Origin: Alphaproteobacteria bacterium
Lineage (GTDB): Bacteria > Pseudomonadota > Alphaproteobacteria > RF32 > CAG-239
DNA: 64,000 nucleotides
NCBI GenBank assembly: GCA_015062585.1
Contig: SUUJ01000008.1
Coordinates: 2,837 to 66,836, forward strand
Direction: 5' to 3'
Position numbers and translations under genes: made by a program. Of the stretch, positions 1 to 9,611 are shown piece after piece (position 1 is the stretch's first letter; every line of letters starts with the position of its first letter). Below the pieces are notes generated by a model, which saw only the letters and a list, made by a program, of their open reading frames with translations, searched no databases and was not told the origin of the DNA.

Positions 1-457
1 AAATACAGGCGTTTTTAATCGCATTTTTGTCACCTCCGGCCACAGCCAAAAGTTCTTTATACAATGAGGCATTTACTGCTTGCAAATTTTCATAAGGCAT
101 AAATAAATATATCGCAGCTTCAAGATTTAAGTCATCTTTAGTAAGGATTTTATTTAACAATTCCAAATTTTCTTTTGCTATATTTCTATAAGTTTCGGGA
201 TATTTTGTTAAAACCACATCGGCGGTTTTGCACACGGTTTTATAACCGTAGATGTGTTGATATGCATTACCGATAAATCTGCCGATACCGACTTGTTGGT
301 CGTCACTCAATGACGATAAAAATTTTAAAGGTACACGATTCGCTAAATAAAGGTAGATACCTGTTGCGACAACCAAAACAAACGCAACCGACAAAGCAAC
401 GGTAAGTTTTTTATGATTCGATATAAAAGATTTGATTTTATTGAAAAAATCTTTCAT
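1..457 (-). CDS. hypothetical membrane-anchored protein (partial, runs off window start)
   Basis: Manual translation from ATG at 457: MKDFFNKIKSFISNHKKLTVALSVAFVLVVATGIYLYLANR..., open to the window edge. One N-terminal TM segment; abuts the stop of the upstream gene. Confidence 0.7.
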   Translation of the reverse strand, partial: MKDFFNKIKSFISNHKKLTVALSVAFVLVVATGIYLYLANRVPLKFLSSLSDDQQVGIGRFIGNAYQHIYGYKTVCKTADVVLTKYPETYRNIAKENLELLNKILTKDDLNLEAAIYLFMPYENLQAVNASLYKELLAVAGGDKNAIKNACI

Positions 458-1216
458 TTAATTATCTTTCTTTAGAGGTTGCTTTTTCTTATTCCAAAAG
501 TTTTTTCTGGGCTTGCCGAATCTGTTTTTATTAGATTTTTGTTTCTGTAAAGATGGTTTTTTTTCTTTAATTTTTAAGGTGCCGTCTTTGATTTTTTCTT
601 CGATTCTTAATATTTCCATAAATTTGGATTTGCGTGGTTTTGTTTTGTTTTCTTTGGTCTTGTCAACCGAAAATCCAAAGGCACCTAAATCACGGCCGAG
701 AGTATAATATCTGCCATGAGCAAATGCCAAAAGTCCGGCCTTTTCAATAGCCAGTCTTCCGTCTTCTTCAATATATTTATCATCGACATTAACCGCTAAT
801 ATTTCGGCCAAAAACATATCGTGAGTGCCAAAAGATTTTGTGCCTATAACTTTGCACTCCAACGAAACCGGAGCACTTTTCAGCATAGGTGTTTTAACCT
901 TTGTACAAGGTTCCAATTCTAAGCCCATTTCTTTGAATTTGTCGGTTGATTTGCCGGATTTAACACCGCAAAAATCACAAGCTTTAGCCAAGGGCAAATT
1001 AGCAATATTTATAACAAATTCTTTTGTTTCGCTGATGATTTTGTGCGAAAAACGACTTGGACGAACCGAGATATATGTTATCGGAGGTTCCGAATTGATA
1101 ATTCCGGTCCAAGCAATAGTCAAAACATTTGGTTTTTCCATCGTTCCGCAAGTCACCATTACGGGCGGTACGGGAAAAAGCATAGTTCCTGGTTTCCAAG
1201 TCGTTTTTGTCATCAC
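458..1216 (-). CDS. flavin reductase family (DIM6/NTAB-like) protein with a Lys-rich C-terminal tail
   Basis: PVPPVMVTCG, NVLTIAWTG, EFVINI, CGVKSG..DKF, LECKV and GTHDMFLAEI motifs. Confidence 0.85.
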   Translation of the reverse strand: MMTKTTWKPGTMLFPVPPVMVTCGTMEKPNVLTIAWTGIINSEPPITYISVRPSRFSHKIISETKEFVINIANLPLAKACDFCGVKSGKSTDKFKEMGLELEPCTKVKTPMLKSAPVSLECKVIGTKSFGTHDMFLAEILAVNVDDKYIEEDGRLAIEKAGLLAFAHGRYYTLGRDLGAFGFSVDKTKENKTKPRKSKFMEILRIEEKIKDGTLKIKEKKPSLQKQKSNKNRFGKPRKNFWNKKKQPLKKDN

Positions 1217-1234
1217 ATATCCTTTTTATACTTC

Positions 1235-2176
1235 CTATTGGACATTACCAAAAGGATTAACATTATTCTGAGCTTCTTGAGTTGCTCTTAAATCAAACGG
1301 AGTCAAAAATGCGGTAGAAACATAAATAGAAGAATATGTTCCGACAATTACACCCCAAAAGATTGTAAAGGCAAAACTGCGCAATGTGTCACCGCCCCAA
1401 ATTAACAAGGCCAGAGCCGCAAACATTGTAGTTAAACCTGTCAAAAATGTACGCGATAAAATATCGTTCAAACTTTTGTTTAACAAATCAGTTTGATTCA
1501 TTTTCTTAAACTTAGCCAAGTTTTCTCTGATACGGTCATAGGTAACAACAGTGTCATTAACCGAATAACCGGCCAGGGTCAAAACAGCTGCTACGGTTGT
1601 CAGGCTGAAATCAAGTCCGAAGAAGGATAACAAGCCGCAAGTAACGATAATATCGTGAACAAGTCCGATAATTGTACCTAAGGCAAATTGCCATTCAAAG
1701 CGGAACCACACATAGACAGTAATAGCCAACACAGCCAATACAGATGCAATAATACCATCTTTTTTGAGTTCATCACCGACTTGCGGGCCTACTAAGTCAA
1801 TACGGCGATATTCATACTTTGCGCCCAAGGTCTCTTTGATTTTGTTGATGATACCCATTTGAGCTTTTTCATCTAAGTCTTTGGCTTGTGCGCGAATAAC
1901 AATTTCGTTACCTTCTTCGCCGATGGCTTGCAGGTTTAAGTCATCAATATCCAGCACACCCAATTCAGAGCGCAATTCTTCAACATTTATTTTTTCAGGC
2001 GATTTGATTTCCATTAAAATACCGCCGGAAAAATCGATACCGAAATTAAATCCTTTTACGGCGATACAAATAATGGATAACAGCACCATAATTGTCGACA
2101 CGGCAAAAGTAATTTTTTTGGTTTTCATAAAATCAAAATTAGTGTCTTTCGTAACCCAACTGAAAATTTTAATCAT
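1235..2176 (-). CDS. secF: protein translocase subunit SecF
   Basis: GIDFSGG, VGPQVGDEL and GYSVNDTVVTYDRIREN motifs; follows secD. Confidence 0.97.
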   Translation of the reverse strand: MIKIFSWVTKDTNFDFMKTKKITFAVSTIMVLLSIICIAVKGFNFGIDFSGGILMEIKSPEKINVEELRSELGVLDIDDLNLQAIGEEGNEIVIRAQAKDLDEKAQMGIINKIKETLGAKYEYRRIDLVGPQVGDELKKDGIIASVLAVLAITVYVWFRFEWQFALGTIIGLVHDIIVTCGLLSFFGLDFSLTTVAAVLTLAGYSVNDTVVTYDRIRENLAKFKKMNQTDLLNKSLNDILSRTFLTGLTTMFAALALLIWGGDTLRSFAFTIFWGVIVGTYSSIYVSTAFLTPFDLRATQEAQNNVNPFGNVQ

Positions 2177-2194
2177 AGTCTTAAATCCTTTAAC

Positions 2195-3739
2195 TTAAAT
2201 AGGTAATCTTGTTGGTTTGTATTTGTTTAACCAAGCGGTAATTATGAGTCTGGTAACTGTAACCGAAGTAAACATAGAAGTTGCAATACCGATTGCCAAA
2301 GTAACGGCAAAACCTCTGACCGGTCCTGTTCCGAAATAGAACAATACCAAAGCAGCAACCAAAGTAGTCAAGTTAGAGTCAACAATAGTTGCCCAAGCTT
2401 CTCTAAATCCGGCATCGGCAGCGTCACGAGGTGAACGACCGTGTTTAACTTCTTCTCTCATTCTTTCAAAGATTAACACATTAGCATCAACCGCCATACC
2501 GATTGTCAAAATAATACCGGCAATACCCGGCAAGGTTAATGTTGCACCCATAGCACTCAAGATACCCAACATCAAAACAAGGTTAGTAAATACGGCAACA
2601 TTGGTAAATATTCCGAACAAGCCATAAGCACCAAGCATAAACAATACAACGAACACTAAGCCGATAATCGAAGCAATTACGCCGGCTTTAATTGAATCTG
2701 CGCCAAGTCCTGCACCGACTGTACGCTCTTCCAATACTTCCAATGGAGCAGGCAAGGCACCTGAACGCAATAACAAAGCCAAATCATTAGCTGATTTAAC
2801 GGTAAAGTTTCCGGTAATTACGCCCGAACCTCCCATAATGGCAGATTGAATAACCGGAGCTGATATGACTTCGTTATCCAAAACAATAGCCAAGCGTTCT
2901 CCGATATTATCCTTAGTTGCTTCTCCGAATTTTTTACCACCCAAAGAGTTAAATTTGAACGATACAACGGCTTGACCTTCTTGGAAAGACGGTTGAGCAT
3001 CAACCAGGTTTTCGCCACTAACAACCGGTTTGCGAGTAATCACATAAGGCTCGCCCATTTCACCATAAGCGATTTTGTATTTTGCACCGAGCATACCTCT
3101 TTTGGCATCACTTGCTCTGGCAGTACTGTCAACTAAGTGAAAAGCCATTTTTGCTGTTTTTCCGAGCAATACTTTTACATACTCAGGGTTTTGTAATCCC
3201 GGTAATTGTACAACGATTCTGTTCGTTCCTTGTGATTGAATAACCGGTTCTTTGGTGCCCAATTCATCAATTCTGCGTCTGACAATTTCGATAGATTGGT
3301 CAACTATTTTGGCCTTTAATTGATTCAAGGCAATATCAGAATATTTGATTTTTAATGCACCGTCATCTGTTTCAATAACCTCGATACCGGAATCAATTTT
3401 TCTAAACAAATTAGCAGCCTTCGAACGAGAACCTGTGTTTTCTACAACAACGCTTACTTCATCAGCGTTAGATGTCAGGCTTTTATATCTGATACGGCCT
3501 TCGCGTAAAATTTGGCGAGCAGAATCTTCAATAGAGCCCATTCTTTCTTTTAATACTTCGTCCATTTTAACTTCTAACAAAAGGTTTGAACCACCTTGCA
3601 AATCAAGGCCCAAGTTTATCGGTTGCCACCATTTTGGCAGAGCGTCTTTATTAGGTACAATGTTAGGTACGGCAAAAAACACACCGACCAAACAAATGGC
3701 TAAAATTGTTAGCACGCGAGATCTTGAAAGTTTGTACAT
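2195..3739 (-). CDS. secD: protein translocase subunit SecD
   Basis: LGLDLQGG, RRIDELGTKEP and GMAVDANVLIFER motifs. Confidence 0.97.
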   Translation of the reverse strand: MYKLSRSRVLTILAICLVGVFFAVPNIVPNKDALPKWWQPINLGLDLQGGSNLLLEVKMDEVLKERMGSIEDSARQILREGRIRYKSLTSNADEVSVVVENTGSRSKAANLFRKIDSGIEVIETDDGALKIKYSDIALNQLKAKIVDQSIEIVRRRIDELGTKEPVIQSQGTNRIVVQLPGLQNPEYVKVLLGKTAKMAFHLVDSTARASDAKRGMLGAKYKIAYGEMGEPYVITRKPVVSGENLVDAQPSFQEGQAVVSFKFNSLGGKKFGEATKDNIGERLAIVLDNEVISAPVIQSAIMGGSGVITGNFTVKSANDLALLLRSGALPAPLEVLEERTVGAGLGADSIKAGVIASIIGLVFVVLFMLGAYGLFGIFTNVAVFTNLVLMLGILSAMGATLTLPGIAGIILTIGMAVDANVLIFERMREEVKHGRSPRDAADAGFREAWATIVDSNLTTLVAALVLFYFGTGPVRGFAVTLAIGIATSMFTSVTVTRLIITAWLNKYKPTRLPI

Positions 3740-3758
3740 CTTTTTACTACCTTAAATA

Positions 3759-4115
3759 TTATTTTTTAGATTTTTTATTGTTGTTTGCAGGTTTTACTTC
3801 GTCTTTAACAACATCACGAACAGTTGCCAAAGCAACTTTAACCACAACATCTTTTGCTAATTCTACTTGTAATTCATTTTGTTCGATATTAGCCGATACA
3901 ACTTTGCCGTAAACACCGCCACCGGTCAGGATTGTGTCGCCTTTTTTAATGGCGTTCAAAGTGGCTTCATGTTCTTTCATTCTTTTTTGTTGCGGGCGAA
4001 TAAGCAAAATATAAAAAATTGCAAAAATAAGCAACAATTGAACAATCATACCTGTCATTGACGAACTGCCTGCCGCCGCAGTAGTTGCTTGAGCAAAAGC
4101 TGGATTGATAAACAT
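3759..4115 (-). CDS. yajC: preprotein translocase subunit YajC
   Basis: FYILLIRPQQKR...GDTILTGGGVYG; directly upstream of secD. Confidence 0.95.
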   Translation of the reverse strand: MFINPAFAQATTAAAGSSSMTGMIVQLLLIFAIFYILLIRPQQKRMKEHEATLNAIKKGDTILTGGGVYGKVVSANIEQNELQVELAKDVVVKVALATVRDVVKDEVKPANNNKKSKK

Positions 4116-4305
4116 ATTTTTTCTCCAAAAATTTAAACATTATTTAGCAATATAAAACATTTATTAGAGCTTATATAGGAAAATTTTCAATCTATCACAA
4201 GTTATTTTTGATTTATTTTGCAAAAAATGATTGCGCATTAAGAAATAATAATATACAAAAACGGCATAAAAATTTAATTATTAACCTTTTAAGTATTTAT
4301 TTATC

Positions 4306-5232
4306 ATGAAAGTTATTAGTTTATTGCTGTTTCGAATACGAACAGCTTTTCAAAAAGCAACCTATGTTGTTTTGTCGACATTCAGTACCGCTTTGGCAGG
4401 TTGGTACCAAAAGCACATGTTAAATTATGAAGAGCGTTTTGCCATCAAGTCTTTACGACACGGATGGGAAGATATAATGCTCAAAGAAATGAAGCATTGG
4501 TGTAGCCTTAAAAATTTTAGGCGAGAGCTTATTATTGACGAATACAAGGCCGGTAATGATGTTGTTTATCAAATGCTAAAGGAACTCAATAAGCAAGGAA
4601 AAGGTCTTGAAGATCATTTTACCAATATTGAGATTGAGCTTTTGATGTTGAATCGCCGATATTTCGAAATGGATGAAGAAATGAATTTCTTCAAGAAGTT
4701 TTTGCTGTACTCTCTGGTTAAGCACAAAAAAGAGTTGATAAAGATCTTTTATATGAGATCTCATCTCGGAGAGCCTGACTTTGTGTTAGCCACATATCTC
4801 ATGGATATGTTCAGTGATGACTATGAGTTCATTGCATATCTGGCAAAAAACAGAGATTCTCACAGGGTCGTGCACAGCAAATTCATTGCTGAAACATTAC
4901 TTCTTCAAGGTAATGTCACGAGATGCGGCAACATCACAAAAGCAAAGCGAGAGTTGAAAGACTATGTGCTGGAGGTGGGGTTTGGCAAGTGCGACCTTAA
5001 ACAGTTTGGTTACAACCAATTGTTAGCAGAACTTAGAGAACATTTGTATGATACCGATAATATAGCTGCTTGGGAGAAGTATTTGTTTGACCATGCGGAT
5101 GTTCATATTGTCAGAGATATGATAGCCAAACACGGCATTCATTCTGAGGAAGGTATCCAAAGGCTCTTAGAAAAAAATGATAGTATGCTTATTGAGGCAT
5201 ATAATCATTACAAAAAGAATCACAAGCCGTAG
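4306..5232 (+). CDS. hypothetical protein (ORFan, paralogue of 5395..6291)
   Basis: 308-aa ORF sharing FRRELI, IKIFY, WE.YL and HGI.S..G motifs with the next ORF. Confidence 0.75.
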   Translation: MKVISLLLFRIRTAFQKATYVVLSTFSTALAGWYQKHMLNYEERFAIKSLRHGWEDIMLKEMKHWCSLKNFRRELIIDEYKAGNDVVYQMLKELNKQGKGLEDHFTNIEIELLMLNRRYFEMDEEMNFFKKFLLYSLVKHKKELIKIFYMRSHLGEPDFVLATYLMDMFSDDYEFIAYLAKNRDSHRVVHSKFIAETLLLQGNVTRCGNITKAKRELKDYVLEVGFGKCDLKQFGYNQLLAELREHLYDTDNIAAWEKYLFDHADVHIVRDMIAKHGIHSEEGIQRLLEKNDSMLIEAYNHYKKNHKP

Positions 5233-5250
5233 AGCTGAGAGATTCTGAAA

Positions 5251-5296
5251 GAGATTCCGAAAATTGTTAAAACAATTTTCGGAATTTCGCTTTTTA
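5251..5296 (+). terminator. intrinsic terminator
   Basis: Long hairpin gagattccgaaaattgtt/aacaattttcggaatttc followed by a T-run. Confidence 0.75.
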
Positions 5297-5394
5297 AACA
5301 TCATTAAAAATAAAAAAATATTGCAATATTTTTAATAAAATGCTAGGTGGTTTGATATACAACTTTAATTATTAACCGTTAAAATTATAAAATT

Positions 5395-6291
5395 ATGGAG
5401 AGACTTAGTTTATTTTTCTTCAACATCAGAGCCTTTTTTCAATCGGCGCTCTATCTGATTATTCGTCTTTTTTCAAGCAAAGCTTCAGAAAAGTACATGT
5501 CACACATTGACAAAGTTTGCTCAAGCTTTGGTATCAAAGCTATCCGCAAAGAATGGGCTTTAGTTTTGTGTGATGAGATGAGGATGTTTGCGTCGTTCCC
5601 AAAATTTCGGCGCGAGCTGATATTGAGCCAATTGCATGACACATTCGTATTGGATATGCTTCGTTATGTGGATATGAGCGATTTGAGTTTAGACGAGATT
5701 AAATTGATAGCTCTTAATCGAAAGTTCAACGAAACCGGAACCGTCAGGTTGTCCTCGTTTAAGTCGAGACTGATGTGCTTGGATTTTGAAAACAAACTTG
5801 AGGTCATCAAGATTTTTTACAAAAATTCCCAAGCATCGGAATCATCTGATATTTTATCAGAACATTTGCTAAAAGAGACAGAAAATGATTTTGATTTTTG
5901 GTATTGGCTTGCAATCAATGAAGGCGCTTCCGCCACTATCAAAAAGGAATTCATCCGAAGAATTACAGCGGGTGAGGTTAGTAAAAATGCTCAATCAGAA
6001 CTCAGAACCTTTGTCGAAAAAGTCGGACTTACAGGTTGCGATGTTGAAAAATTGAACGGGTATTCCGAGCTTTTGCTGGATATCAGAGAATATCTTACAA
6101 GACCCGAGGATATCGAAATTTGGGAAGATTACCTTCTCAAAGGTAAAAACCCCGAAATTATCAAACTCCATGTCAGACGACACGGAATTGAAAGTAAAGA
6201 TGGATTGAAAATGTTGTTAGAGCTAAATAACAAAGATGTTATAGATGCCTACAATTTTCACAACTCCGTCGGCAAAAGGCTAACCTCATAG
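5395..6291 (+). CDS. hypothetical protein (ORFan, paralogue of 4306..5232)
   Basis: 298-aa ORF, colinear similarity to the previous ORF. Confidence 0.75.
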   Translation: MERLSLFFFNIRAFFQSALYLIIRLFSSKASEKYMSHIDKVCSSFGIKAIRKEWALVLCDEMRMFASFPKFRRELILSQLHDTFVLDMLRYVDMSDLSLDEIKLIALNRKFNETGTVRLSSFKSRLMCLDFENKLEVIKIFYKNSQASESSDILSEHLLKETENDFDFWYWLAINEGASATIKKEFIRRITAGEVSKNAQSELRTFVEKVGLTGCDVEKLNGYSELLLDIREYLTRPEDIEIWEDYLLKGKNPEIIKLHVRRHGIESKDGLKMLLELNNKDVIDAYNFHNSVGKRLTS

Positions 6292-6302
6292 GTTAGCCTT
6301 TT
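6274..6302. terminator. bidirectional intrinsic terminator
   Basis: aaaaggctaacct-cat-aggttagcctttt between convergent genes. Confidence 0.75.
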
Positions 6303-6458
6303 GTTGTTTTTATATCTTTCCGGTAATTCGATAGAAAAGATATTGGAATATGTTTGTTTTTTTGTGCTTTAAGAATAATTTTCTAGTCAGATATTTTTTT
6401 AAATTAAAGTTGCATTTGTTTACTTTAATCAATTTGTCTGCCAATATTTTACATCCTT

Positions 6459-8117
6459 CTAACCTTTATCATTTGTAGCTCCTTGTAAATATGGAAACGC
6501 ATTTAATAAATTTGTTTGAATTTGAGATAATTTTTTTTCATCCATGAAGTACTTATTTTTGACTTCTAACCATGATTTTTCATCAAATTCTTGGTTGTTA
6601 AGATCAATTTTGTTATGACTATTTATTCCAAATACTGAATAATAATCATTAAATTTATAATCCTTTCCGATAATTTTATCACTCAGTATCATTCTTACAT
6701 TTGGTATACATAGAGAATCTGCACAAATAAGCCCATGCATGGCACTTGATATTATGACTTCGCATTCTGCAACTTTTTGCACAAAATCAGAAGTACCGGA
6801 GCTTACATCTATTAGTATGGAATTTTTTACTTTTATTTTCTGTAAAAGAGGATTTTCTTTGTCAACATAATGAGGAATAATTCCCAGTTTGTATTTCTTT
6901 TTTATCCTTGAAGTATCAAATATTTTTGAAATCAACAAGGCCGGATCACCTATTGCAACAGTTGGTGAAATTGTCACATTTTTACATTTTTTCAATCGGT
7001 CTAAAGTTAAATATCCTCTGACTGCGCGAACATCTAACGGACGAATAAAAAAATCATCTTGCGTAGGGGCTTCTATGAAACCGCTTCCATAAACAATTAT
7101 AGGTTTTTTATTGATAATTTTGTTATTTTTAGAAAGTAAAATTTGCAAAATAGACCCTATGGCGGTGATTTTGCATTTTCTTTTATCAGATTCTTCAACT
7201 GAGGCATTAGCTAGTTTTCTGAATAAATCAATGTTTAATATATCACCGAAATTTACTTCGCCTGTATAAAACAATAACCTTATTGAATTATTCAAGTTTT
7301 TGTTAAACACAGGAATTTTACATATTTTTATAATCAGTTTATTAGATCTTGTTATTTTTTTCTGAAATATAAAACGATAAGCCCGACATAAAAAATTTAT
7401 TATTTTTACAATATGCAACACCGGATATTTTTTTGTCAGAGCTCTTGTTAAATCTTGGCTGTAATAGTTATCGGCTTGAGCATTTCTGGATTCCTCAATG
7501 TTTTTCACTCTGAAGAAAAACAAAAAATCATCAATGCGATAAATTTTTAAGTTAAGATGTAATAACATATTTAACCACAAATCATAGTCTTCCCAACCTT
7601 TATCAAAGGCTTTATCATATCCCCCGCATTTCTCAAAATCTGATTTTCTGAACAATGATGAATTAGTAATACAGCACCTCAAAATCATATTAAATTTAGA
7701 TGGGGTAAAAAATTTGTTGGTTAATTTTGGAAGGTTGATTTCATCAATTTTGTAAAATGATCTGTACTTACAACTTATAATATCACCTTTACCCGATTCG
7801 ATGGCTTCAAACGATCTTTTCAACGCATCAGGATGAACAATATCATCGGCGTCAAGCGGATAAATATATTTTCCTTTTGCGCGTTTTATGGCATTATTTC
7901 TGGCTGTAACTACACCTTGATTTATTTGCTTTATAAGGCGAATTTTATCAGATTTTTTTAAGTATTCTTCAATTATTTTTACTGAACCATCGGTTGAGCC
8001 GTCATCAATTACAATTGCCTCATAGTCATCAAAAGTTTGAGCCAAAACAGAATCAAGGCATTCGGCAATATATTTTTCTTGATTATAGCAGGGAATTATC
8101 ACTGAGATTTTAGTCAT
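6459..8117 (-). CDS. GT2 glycosyltransferase fused to a polysaccharide pyruvyl transferase domain
   Basis: N-terminal ISVIIPCYN, DDGSTD, LDADD and EDYDLW; C-terminal NFGD, IGSIL, VRGYLT, GDPALL, GIIPHY and SSAMHGLI. Likely start MTKISV at 8117. Confidence 0.88.
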   Translation of the reverse strand: MTKISVIIPCYNQEKYIAECLDSVLAQTFDDYEAIVIDDGSTDGSVKIIEEYLKKSDKIRLIKQINQGVVTARNNAIKRAKGKYIYPLDADDIVHPDALKRSFEAIESGKGDIISCKYRSFYKIDEINLPKLTNKFFTPSKFNMILRCCITNSSLFRKSDFEKCGGYDKAFDKGWEDYDLWLNMLLHLNLKIYRIDDFLFFFRVKNIEESRNAQADNYYSQDLTRALTKKYPVLHIVKIINFLCRAYRFIFQKKITRSNKLIIKICKIPVFNKNLNNSIRLLFYTGEVNFGDILNIDLFRKLANASVEESDKRKCKITAIGSILQILLSKNNKIINKKPIIVYGSGFIEAPTQDDFFIRPLDVRAVRGYLTLDRLKKCKNVTISPTVAIGDPALLISKIFDTSRIKKKYKLGIIPHYVDKENPLLQKIKVKNSILIDVSSGTSDFVQKVAECEVIISSAMHGLICADSLCIPNVRMILSDKIIGKDYKFNDYYSVFGINSHNKIDLNNQEFDEKSWLEVKNKYFMDEKKLSQIQTNLLNAFPYLQGATNDKG

Positions 8118-8295
8118 TTTGACAATCCTCCCAGTCAATCGATTTTTCGACCTCATATAAAGGAATAAAACCAAACAGATAAATCTTTTTTACAAACTCT
8201 GTTTTAACGATTTTTAAGATAGTAAGTTTATCAAACAAACAAAGCTTTTTTTCATTAGCTGTAAGAACAGTTTTTAGAATAGATATTTTAGTCAT
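8110..8295 (-). CDS. small hypothetical protein (61 aa) overlapping the GT start
   Basis: SD-like AAGGA upstream. Contains a K-x-x-L-F-G-F-I-P-L-Y type motif resembling the KIFKIPVF/KICKIPVF motifs of both GTs. Confidence 0.55.
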   Translation of the reverse strand: MTKISILKTVLTANEKKLCLFDKLTILKIVKTEFVKKIYLFGFIPLYEVEKSIDWEDCQND

Positions 8296-8321
8296 TTAAT
8301 TATCCTTATTTTCAAAAAAAA

Positions 8322-8646
8322 TAAAAAAAGACCACCATTGAAAACAAGGTGGTCGGAGAGTTCAACAATCATATCTCATTAAATGACTCTCTTAGCCTTT
8401 AGAACCATAAAAATGGCTCTTGGACATACGCTAAGAGCTCCCCGACCAAAAATTAAAAGACGGGGACATATTTAATTGCTCGTCCGATATTATTCAAAAA
8501 TAACAGACGAGAATTTTTACGACGTCATATCCTGAAACGCCGAATGAGATAAGAGCCGTTGAAAGCCCCGCACCTTTAATGTGCTAAATACAAACATTTG
8601 TTTGTATCTGTTTGGTATCCTAGAGCAATATGAGAAAAAAAGTCAA
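8322..8646 (-). promoter_or_regulatory. structured leader/attenuator resembling phage P1 c4 / P4 CI antisense-controlled leaders
   Basis: Promoter TTGACT-N18-TAGGAT. Upstream segment (8543-8570) is complementary to 8354-8380; antiterminator pair 8438-8448/8350-8360; terminator hairpin 8330-8354 followed by a T-run. Confidence 0.6.
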
Positions 8647-8697
8647 GATATAATCAAAAAATCAATATATAGTTTTTGAAAGGTTAGTTTTTATTTA

Positions 8698-9513
8698 TCA
8701 TAGCTTTTTATAAAACACCGGGATCTTAAATATTTTAACTATAAGTTTCCCGTTGCGAGTAATCTTTTTTTGAAAAATAAATCGGCAAAATGTGACGATT
8801 ATATCACTAATCAGTTTTTGCGGATATTTTTTATGAATCAACCGGTTTAGCTCTTTGCGGCGTTTGTTGGCATTAACATCTCTTGATTCGTTGGCATCTT
8901 TCAAACGATAATAAAATAAAAATTCTTCAACACGATAAATTTTTAAGTTGTGCTTTAATACCATATTAAGCCACAAATCATAATCTTCCCAACCTGTACT
9001 AAATGCCGGATCATACCCGCCACAGTTGATAAAATCAGACTTTCGACACAATGCCGAATTAGTGATACAATTGCGCAAAACCATATTTAGTTTGGTCGGT
9101 TTTCTGAAGCGGTTGGTCGGTTTGTCTTTACCTATTTCATCGGTATTGAAAAAGTTTTGATATTTACAACTGATAATATCGCCTTTACCCGATTCAATAG
9201 CTTGATACGATTTTTCTAAAACTTTTGGGTGAACTATGTCATCACCGTCAAGAAAATAAATATACTTACTTGTTGCTTGCTTTACCGCATTATTCCTTGT
9301 TGTGATAACTCCTTGATTAGTTTGTTTTATAAGGCGAATTTTATCAGATTTTTTTAAGTATTCTTCAATTATTTTTACCGAATTATCGGTTGAACCGTCA
9401 TCAACTACAATTGCCTCATAGTCATCAAAAGTTTGAGCCAAAACAGAATCAAGGCATTCGGCAATATATTTTTCTTGATTATAGCAAGGAATTATAATTG
9501 AAATTTTACTCAT
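8698..9513 (-). CDS. GT2 family glycosyltransferase
   Basis: ISIIIPCYN, DDGSTD, FLDGDD and WEDYDLW; start MSKIS at 9513. Confidence 0.9.
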   Translation of the reverse strand: MSKISIIIPCYNQEKYIAECLDSVLAQTFDDYEAIVVDDGSTDNSVKIIEEYLKKSDKIRLIKQTNQGVITTRNNAVKQATSKYIYFLDGDDIVHPKVLEKSYQAIESGKGDIISCKYQNFFNTDEIGKDKPTNRFRKPTKLNMVLRNCITNSALCRKSDFINCGGYDPAFSTGWEDYDLWLNMVLKHNLKIYRVEEFLFYYRLKDANESRDVNANKRRKELNRLIHKKYPQKLISDIIVTFCRFIFQKKITRNGKLIVKIFKIPVFYKKL

Positions 9514-9611
9514 CAAAAGTCCCAAGTGTCAAACAACAATACTCATTTTTTTTATGATAGTATAATTCTCGAAAAAATAAATCAAAAAATTTCAAGTTTT
9601 AAAAAAAATGA

